Position numbers and translations under genes: made by a program. This document shows, piece after piece, positions 25,700 through 31,336 of a stretch of 31,336 nt of DNA (positions within the stretch are counted from its first letter, which is position 1; each line of letters opens with the position of its first letter). The notes under the pieces are model-generated. The model had not been told where the DNA came from, searched no databases, and saw only the letters and a program-made list of their open reading frames with translations. Source of the DNA: Candidatus Thorarchaeota archaeon. GTDB taxonomy: Archaea; Asgardarchaeota; Thorarchaeia; Thorarchaeales; Thorarchaeaceae. The stretch is taken from NCBI GenBank assembly GCA_003345595.1, contig PRDI01000020.1, positions 1 to 31,336 on the forward strand, given 5' to 3'.

Positions 25700-26710
25700 A
25701 CGCCTGAACTACTGCCTGCCGACAGACCCCGAGAGGTAGTTTTGAGGGCTAGCGATTCCACAGATCCTGCCTTTGGATTTGCATCGCTCGACGCTCTGCC
25801 TATAAAGTACCTGCTAGAGAATTGTGTGATCTGCCTTGACAAGGTCGCAGGACCAACAAGCCATGAGGTTGCGACTTGGGTAAAGAGAGTCCTCAACTGT
25901 GATCGCGTGGGTCACGGCGGGACCCTCGACCCAGGAGTCACTGGCATACTGCCACTGGGAATTGGCAATGCAACAAAGGCCATGCAGGCACTGCTCCTAG
26001 CCGGTAAGGAGTACGTCTGCGTGATGGAACTGCATGCTGCGGCCAGCGAGGACCAAGTTAGGGAGGTCATGGGTCAGTTTGTTGGGAGAATATACCAGAA
26101 ACCTCCGCTCAAGTCTTCTGTCAAGAGAACACTACGCATACGCGAGATATACTACATCACCATTATTGAAATGACAGGCAAACTCGTTTTGTTTCATGTG
26201 GGGTGCCAAGCTGGCACTTACGTCAGAAAGCTATGCTTCGACATTGGCGAAGCGCTGGGAACGGGGGCTAGCATGAAGGAGCTGCGGCGTACTCGCGTAG
26301 GCTCGTTTAGAGAAGACGAGCATCTCTGCACTCTGCACGACCTAAAGGACGCTTACCAGTTCTGGATCGAAGACGGCGAAGAGACCGAACTGAGGAGGTA
26401 CTTGCTCCCCGTTGAGTTTGCATTAAGCCATTTGCCTGTAATGACGATTCGTGATAGTGCAGTAGATGCCATATGCCATGGGGCCAGCCTTGCGGCAAAC
26501 GGAGTTGTCAGCCTGAGCACTGGTATCAAAAAGGGCGATCTTGTGGCAGTGAAGACGATCAAGGGCGAGGCTGTGGCCATTGGCAAAAGCAATGACACAA
26601 CAGAGAAAATCGTGAAAGCTGGCAGTGGCATCGTGGCAGTGGTCGACAGAGTACTGATGGAGAGGGGCCGCTATCCTCCTATGTGGAAGAAGAGGCCACC
26701 TAGTGAATGA
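25700..26710 (+). CDS. cbf5: H/ACA pseudouridine synthase Cbf5 (TruB family)
   Basis: DK..GPTSHEV, GHGGTLDPGVTG, IYQKPP, AGTYVRKLC, PUA domain. The first canonical start is TTG 25742; a start at ACG 25700 is proposed (see findings). Confidence 0.95.
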   Translation, partial: TPELLPADRPREVVLRASDSTDPAFGFASLDALPIKYLLENCVICLDKVAGPTSHEVATWVKRVLNCDRVGHGGTLDPGVTGILPLGIGNATKAMQALLLAGKEYVCVMELHAAASEDQVREVMGQFVGRIYQKPPLKSSVKRTLRIREIYYITIIEMTGKLVLFHVGCQAGTYVRKLCFDIGEALGTGASMKELRRTRVGSFREDEHLCTLHDLKDAYQFWIEDGEETELRRYLLPVEFALSHLPVMTIRDSAVDAICHGASLAANGVVSLSTGIKKGDLVAVKTIKGEAVAIGKSNDTTEKIVKAGSGIVAVVDRVLMERGRYPPMWKKRPPSE

Positions 26711-26786
26711 AAGGACCTTAACCATGTTCTTGTGGCTGTCGCAGAGTGCCGCCGAGAAGTTCATTACGATTCTGCGCGGGTATAAA

Positions 26787-27146
26787 GTGGCCTTGGAGCG
26801 AAAGCGCGACTGACGGTACTGGCTCCCTTGCGGGGCCAGGGCTGAGGAAGCTCCCAACTACGTGTCGACGCCAGTCCTGTGCGAACAGGGAGGCGAGAAC
26901 CTCGCTCTGGGAACAGAAACGATACGTCCGGACAGGACATGACAATGATGCGGAACAGTCTTGGTCCGCTGAGGACCTGCCTAGGATTGCTGAAACGGCC
27001 CAACACTGGGTAGCAACTCCAAGAATACGCCTATGACGTGCCGACCTGAGGCGTAGGGTAGGAGGCTTAGTCTGATGTCGCGGAGTCCTCCACGGTGACG
27101 CGGACGGGCACAACAGAATTGGGGCTACTCTTCGAACCAAGGCCGC
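26787..27146 (+). ncRNA. rnpB: Archaeal RNase P RNA
   Basis: CR-I GAGGAAGCTCCC (26844-55) pairs with CR-V ACAGAATTGGGGCT (27113-26); P1 GGCCTTGG/CCAAGGCC; P2 CGCGAC/GTCGCG after CR-IV AGTCTGAT; P3 CTGGCTCC/GGGGCCAG. Confidence 0.93.
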
Positions 27147-27202
27147 CTTGTTTCTCGCATAGAACGACTTTCGACCTACTCTGATATGTTTCACTCTAAC
27201 CA

Positions 27203-27781
27203 TTAGGCAGTGTCCCTGCCGCCCGGACCCATGTCACTGGCCTTTGTATGACTCTTGATTATCTCCTGTTGAACCTTCACAACGTCAGTGCTGGTCTTGC
27301 ACTCTGAATAGGCTTCGAGCCAATCGTGATTCAGTGCTAGAAATGCAGGACCCCACTTGAAGACAGACATTATGTCTTCGGCGCTCTTCCTCAATCCAGC
27401 TATGTAGAGGGCTGCCGCTATTGCCTCTGCAGTAGACAGTCGAATTGGTTTGTACGTGTTGACCGGATTAGCAGCGAGAAGGTAGGGTAACGCACGGAGG
27501 ACTCCCAGTCTGGTTTCTCTGAAGATCTCTTCAGCTTGGTTCCATGAGCAATCGAGCGCAACAAGCCCCTTTCTTTCGACTACGCTTCGGTCCGCAGGCG
27601 AGAATGCGACTTCAGATGTCGGGTTTAGCACCACTGCGTGAACTGGGATCTGCCGTATGTCCGTGATGATAGTTGCTCGTTTCATCCGTCCTAACCTGAC
27701 CCCAGTACACTTCTTTGGGTCACATTGGCCTGCGTTGAATATCACAAGCCTCAACGCAGGGTCAGGTTTCACGGAGATCAT
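27203..27781 (-). CDS. tsr3: 16S rRNA aminocarboxypropyltransferase Tsr3 (DUF367)
   Basis: QCDPKKCTG, LDCSW, RALPYLLAANPVN, LSTAEA, FKWG. Confidence 0.95.
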   Translation of the reverse strand: MISVKPDPALRLVIFNAGQCDPKKCTGVRLGRMKRATIITDIRQIPVHAVVLNPTSEVAFSPADRSVVERKGLVALDCSWNQAEEIFRETRLGVLRALPYLLAANPVNTYKPIRLSTAEAIAAALYIAGLRKSAEDIMSVFKWGPAFLALNHDWLEAYSECKTSTDVVKVQQEIIKSHTKASDMGPGGRDTA

Positions 27782-27849
27782 CAGAGAACGTTCGCTACAA
27801 AACGGATTTCAACGTTCCCGTTTCTCAGGAAGCGAGGATCTAGGCGATA

Positions 27850-28119
27850 ATGTCCAAGCACGATCAGTCTTGTGAGATCTGTGGGGCAGCCCAAGTCAGA
27901 CTGAGTAAGTGCCAGATGTGTGGAGCATTGGTCTGCGATGACTGTATGTCCATCGAGGAATCGGTCTGCCTAGTCTGCACAGAGGCGAGATGCCAAATCT
28001 GTGGACAATACCTCTCTTCAAGGGCCTGCAATATCTGTGGAAGGCTTGTCTGTGAGGATCACGGAACTAGGGTAGGAGAGGCGACTATCTGTGATATCTG
28101 CAAGGTGGAGAATGAATGA
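27850..28119 (+). CDS. Small Cys-rich multi-zinc-finger protein
   Basis: Eight CxxC/CxxH pairs in two internal repeats; ATGA overlap with tiaS. Confidence 0.8.
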   Translation: MSKHDQSCEICGAAQVRLSKCQMCGALVCDDCMSIEESVCLVCTEARCQICGQYLSSRACNICGRLVCEDHGTRVGEATICDICKVENE

Positions 28120-29450
28120 GCTACACGACCGTGCATCTCGGAATGGACGATATTGACAGCCCCCGAGGAGGTTGCACGACACATTTCGCATGTATCCTCG
28201 CCGAGAAGCTAGAGCAGTTCCATGTACAGTGGCTAGACTATCCAAACCTGATCCGTCTGAACCCGAACATCCCATTCCGTACGCGTGGGAATGGCGCGGT
28301 CGCACTGCGGTTCGTCGTGAGATCAGAGATGATAGCACAAATCCTGACAATGACAAGAAACATGACAGTGAACTACGTAGAAAGAGGATATCCCAACACG
28401 AATCCAGGCCTCGTTGTTGTGACAGGAGAACCGCCTGACGAGCTAATGACACTCGCAGGAAGGACACTCTGGAGAACGGTGCCTATCGCACTTGCGCAGC
28501 GAATCATCCAGAGGAATTCATTGAAACACTTCAGCATGGGGAATGGACGTGGCTTGATAGGCTCACTATCCGCCATTGGTAACCAACTCACGGATGATCA
28601 CACATACGAGTATCTGGCCTATCGATCGATCGATGCTTGTTCTCAAGAGCGAGGCGTGGATGCGAGGTCTGTCTTCGATATGGACAAGATGATGGGTGAC
28701 AAGCTCTTCTCGAACATTGATCCCATGACCGGAGAAGTACTCATCGCGCCTCGAGGACCCGACCCAGTGATCTACGGGATCCGGGGCGAAAGGCCCTACT
28801 ATGTCACAGAGGCGGCCGAGCATGTCCGTAGCGTTCAGGCGAAGGATCGGTGGATGATTATGAGGACAAACCAGGGCACAGGCGAACACCTGACCCACCG
28901 TGTCAGTGTCTGTGACCTTCGTCCGTATATGGCAGCCGTAATCCAAGGAAGAGTAGTGTCACCACCGAGAATGATTGAGGGTGGTCATGTCATATTCTCT
29001 GTGGCAGATGAAACGGGCAAAATCGACTGTGCTATCTATGAGCCCGCTGGAGAGTTGAGAGAGAATGCTCTAATGCTTGCCCCGAACGATGATGTCACAC
29101 TTCACTCCGGGGTGCGACCAGCCGCGAGCAACCACGGTCTCACTTTGAACGTTGAAGGTTTCGAGGTACTTGAGATGTCTGAAACGGTGGTGTTCAGCAA
29201 TCCAGTCTGTCCACAATGCGGAAAGCGGATGACCAGCGCAGGACAAGGCAAGGGGTTCAAATGCACGGCTTGTGGCTTCAAGGGTCGTGACAGCACGAAG
29301 ACTGAAACCTCAGTCACGAGGGGTCTGGAAAGAGGGCTCTACCTGCCCCCTCCACGGGCCCAAAGACACCTTACTCGTCCTAAGACAAGGACAACCAAGA
29401 GAAACTCAGGTGTACCTACTCGGCTCATGCACGAGTGGCACTACCCCTAG
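28116..29450 (+). CDS. tiaS: tRNA(Ile2) 2-agmatinylcytidine synthetase
   Basis: GMDDIDS..GGCTT, LIRLNPNIPFRTRGN, GRGLIG, PDPVIYGIRG, TNQGT, Zn ribbon, RHLTRP. Confidence 0.96.
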   Translation: MSYTTVHLGMDDIDSPRGGCTTHFACILAEKLEQFHVQWLDYPNLIRLNPNIPFRTRGNGAVALRFVVRSEMIAQILTMTRNMTVNYVERGYPNTNPGLVVVTGEPPDELMTLAGRTLWRTVPIALAQRIIQRNSLKHFSMGNGRGLIGSLSAIGNQLTDDHTYEYLAYRSIDACSQERGVDARSVFDMDKMMGDKLFSNIDPMTGEVLIAPRGPDPVIYGIRGERPYYVTEAAEHVRSVQAKDRWMIMRTNQGTGEHLTHRVSVCDLRPYMAAVIQGRVVSPPRMIEGGHVIFSVADETGKIDCAIYEPAGELRENALMLAPNDDVTLHSGVRPAASNHGLTLNVEGFEVLEMSETVVFSNPVCPQCGKRMTSAGQGKGFKCTACGFKGRDSTKTETSVTRGLERGLYLPPPRAQRHLTRPKTRTTKRNSGVPTRLMHEWHYP

Positions 29451-29488
29451 ACCGTCATGTCCTCTCTGCTCATACGGTCGATTAGAAC

Positions 29489-29890
29489 TCAGACTCTACG
29501 CCCGCGTCGTCCACCCGGCTTTCTTGTACCGTCATGAGGAAGTGGTGTCACCTCATCTATGATGCCAATCCTCAGACCGGCTCTGCTGAGTGCACGTATC
29601 GCTGCTTGTGCACCGGGACCAGGCGTCTTCGGGCCATGACCACCAGGAGCACGTACTCGGATGTGTATGCCATAGAGGCCCTTGTCCTTTGCATCACGGG
29701 CAGCTTGGAATGCTGCCTGCATAGCAGCATGGGGAGATGACTCGTTCCTGTCGGCCTTGACCATCATCCCACCAGTGTAGCGGGCGATTGTTTCTGCGCC
29801 TGTAGAATCCGTGATGTGCACGATTGTGTCATTGTATGAAGCGAATATGTGTGCGATGCCCCATCTCTGGGGTTCATCCCTCTTACTCAT
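29489..29890 (-). CDS. rps11: 30S ribosomal protein uS11
   Basis: [33 protein letters not shown]; start ATG 29890. Confidence 0.97.
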   Translation of the reverse strand: MSKRDEPQRWGIAHIFASYNDTIVHITDSTGAETIARYTGGMMVKADRNESSPHAAMQAAFQAARDAKDKGLYGIHIRVRAPGGHGPKTPGPGAQAAIRALSRAGLRIGIIDEVTPLPHDGTRKPGGRRGRRV

Positions 29891-30590
29891 CCTCTGACCC
29901 TCCTTTTTCACCTTCCTCTTCATCAACGCCCTCTTCAGGGACCTTAACCCTTGTGTCCTCTACATACTCTCGTCTGACTCGACTGACTCTATCACGGGGC
30001 CCCCGACGGAGACCTTCTGAAGGCTCCTCTTCCTCTGCCTCTTCAGGAGGTGCGGTCGCTTTCTGAGCCGCCATCGAGGCAGCGACTCTAGCAGGGTGGG
30101 ATGCGTCGCCCAAGGGTGAATTGCCTGCGTAACCGATTCCTTCCTCTTCGCCAATCGTGACTATTCTGCTGGGAGTTGTGATTCTCGCACCATTCAGTGC
30201 GATGTGACCATGAACAACAAGCTGCCGGGCGTGATATGGTGAAGCTGCAAGACCCTTCTTGAAGACAATCGTCTGCAGTCTGCGTTCCAGAACGTCCTTG
30301 AGGGTAAGGTCCAGCACACTATCGAGGCTGGGTTCCGTCTTCAGAATGCCACGTCTTGTGAGCTTGTCAATGATCTCCTTCTCGAGGGCGGCTCGCTCGG
30401 ATGTCGGCAGCGCGAGAAGACCACGTGCCGCTCTCCTGTAGTTCGACAACTCGTTTCTGTGCTTCCAGAGCTCCCTCTTGTTCCTCAGACCATAGGTGCC
30501 AATCAGCTCCAATTCCTGTTCAAACCGGTCTGTTTCAAACGGACGCTTGGGCTTTGTGTACTGCTTTCTCTGTCGTCGCGGATCACCCAT
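29883..30590 (-). CDS. rps4: 30S ribosomal protein uS4 with charged C-terminal extension
   Basis: [33 protein letters not shown]. Confidence 0.97.
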   Translation of the reverse strand: MGDPRRQRKQYTKPKRPFETDRFEQELELIGTYGLRNKRELWKHRNELSNYRRAARGLLALPTSERAALEKEIIDKLTRRGILKTEPSLDSVLDLTLKDVLERRLQTIVFKKGLAASPYHARQLVVHGHIALNGARITTPSRIVTIGEEEGIGYAGNSPLGDASHPARVAASMAAQKATAPPEEAEEEEPSEGLRRGPRDRVSRVRREYVEDTRVKVPEEGVDEEEGEKGGSEDE

Positions 30591-30606
30591 CGCTCATTGC
30601 CTCCAT

Positions 30607-31059
30607 CTATTCCTTCTTCCTCGACACACCCACGGCCACACCCCGGCGCCCCGTCGATCTGGTGTGCTGCCCTCTTACTTTGACGTTGAATGAGTGTCTG
30701 ATCCCGCGCCAAGCCTTAATCCTCTTCAGACGGTCTATGTCTGTGCGACGAGCGAATTCCAGGTCCGGACCTGTTAGATGCAGATTCCTTCCGCTCGACC
30801 GGTCCTTCGGCCTGTTTACGTACCAGACCGGGAAACCAGCAGCACCAATGTCAGCCAAGAGTTTCTCAATCGACTGTATCTCAGCATCGGTCAGGTAACC
30901 TAGACGAGAGGTAGGGTCCATGTTAAGTCGTGTCAGTACGCTCTTCGACATCCTCATACCGACTCCTTTGACCCTCGTTATGCCCTGCAACAGGTTCTCT
31001 TGGCCATCAATATCTGTGCCGGCCATACGAATAATGTGCCGGTATTCTCTCTCGGACAT
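30607..31059 (-). CDS. rps13: 30S ribosomal protein uS13
   Basis: TDIDG, KGVG, WRGIRH, VRGQHTRSTGR. Confidence 0.97.
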   Translation of the reverse strand: MSEREYRHIIRMAGTDIDGQENLLQGITRVKGVGMRMSKSVLTRLNMDPTSRLGYLTDAEIQSIEKLLADIGAAGFPVWYVNRPKDRSSGRNLHLTGPDLEFARRTDIDRLKRIKAWRGIRHSFNVKVRGQHTRSTGRRGVAVGVSRKKE

Positions 31060-31233
31060 TGTGTGCTACCTCGTACCTACTGACCTGAGGCTTTGTTCGC
31101 TTCTTGGAAACGGCTTATAACGGTTATCATCCAGCCGATAGAACTTCAGAGTTCCACAACCACTCTTGAGTGAGATCTGACACTCCCATATCGGTTATGG
31201 AGATCCAAACGCAACCAGACAACAACTTGGTTG

Positions 31234-31336
31234 TGGCGCCCGGAGCGAGATTCGAACTTTGGCAAAGCCGAACGAAATGATCGGCCCTCGTGCCTCCCAA
31301 AGGGAGAGTAGCTGGCTGTTCATCCCGAGTTCAGTC
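31234..31336 (-). tRNA. 3' portion of an intron-containing class II tRNA, probably tRNA-Ser; the 5' half and anticodon lie outside the window
   Basis: Minus strand ends GTTCGAATCTCGCTCCGGGCG-CCA; long variable arm TCTCCC-TTT-GGGAGG; G73 discriminator; 30-nt insertion in the T stem (31259-31288); tRNA-Ser commonly precedes rps13 in archaea. Confidence 0.85.

Noticed and set aside
25900-25945. Crenarchaeal-type intron in cbf5
   Set aside because: The GHGGTLDPG region is uninterrupted and in frame
26718-27203. ORFs of 80-161 aa overlapping this interval
   Set aside because: The region is explained by RNase P RNA
31234-31336. tRNA-Sec (3' end CGGGCGCCA resembles eukaryotic tRNA-Sec)
   Set aside because: Acceptor plus T arm total 12 bp (7/5), not the 13 bp of tRNA-Sec
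1-31336. CRISPR arrays, transposases, integrases, or an att duplication at the tRNA 3' end
   Set aside because: No regularly spaced repeats, mobile-element proteins or duplicated tRNA ends were seen by eye

Overview
Archaeal core-genome window with no mobile elements or CRISPR. An Asgard (Thorarchaeia-like) or related TACK origin is inferred from gene content and protein style, not proven. The left ~9.3 kb holds GGGP synthase (partial), an ICMT-family methyltransferase, hdrA, a GyrI-like protein, mobA, hypD and a ferredoxin. It also holds several uncharacterised proteins with DNA-binding folds, including a stand-alone single TFIIB/cyclin-repeat protein. Positions 9.6-26.7 kb carry the S10/spc-type ribosomal superoperon from rpl22 to secY-adk-DUF106-L34e-cmk-L14e-cbf5. 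Three unexpected genes interrupt it: Hsp20 between rpl30 and rpl15, a secreted BPL_N/GATase-like protein between secY and adk, and a HEAT-like protein before rpl34e. After it come RNase P RNA, tsr3, a Cys-rich Zn-finger gene overlapping tiaS, rps11-rps4-rps13 (no rpoD) and the 3' part of a probable tRNA-Ser with a non-canonical T-arm intron and a probable second intron. The best leads are the truncated TFB-like protein and its neighbours, the ~190-nt structured rpl22 leader, an apparent ACG start for cbf5, Hsp20 inside the ribosomal operon, and long charged extensions on four ribosomal proteins. No single novel system can be established from the sequence alone.
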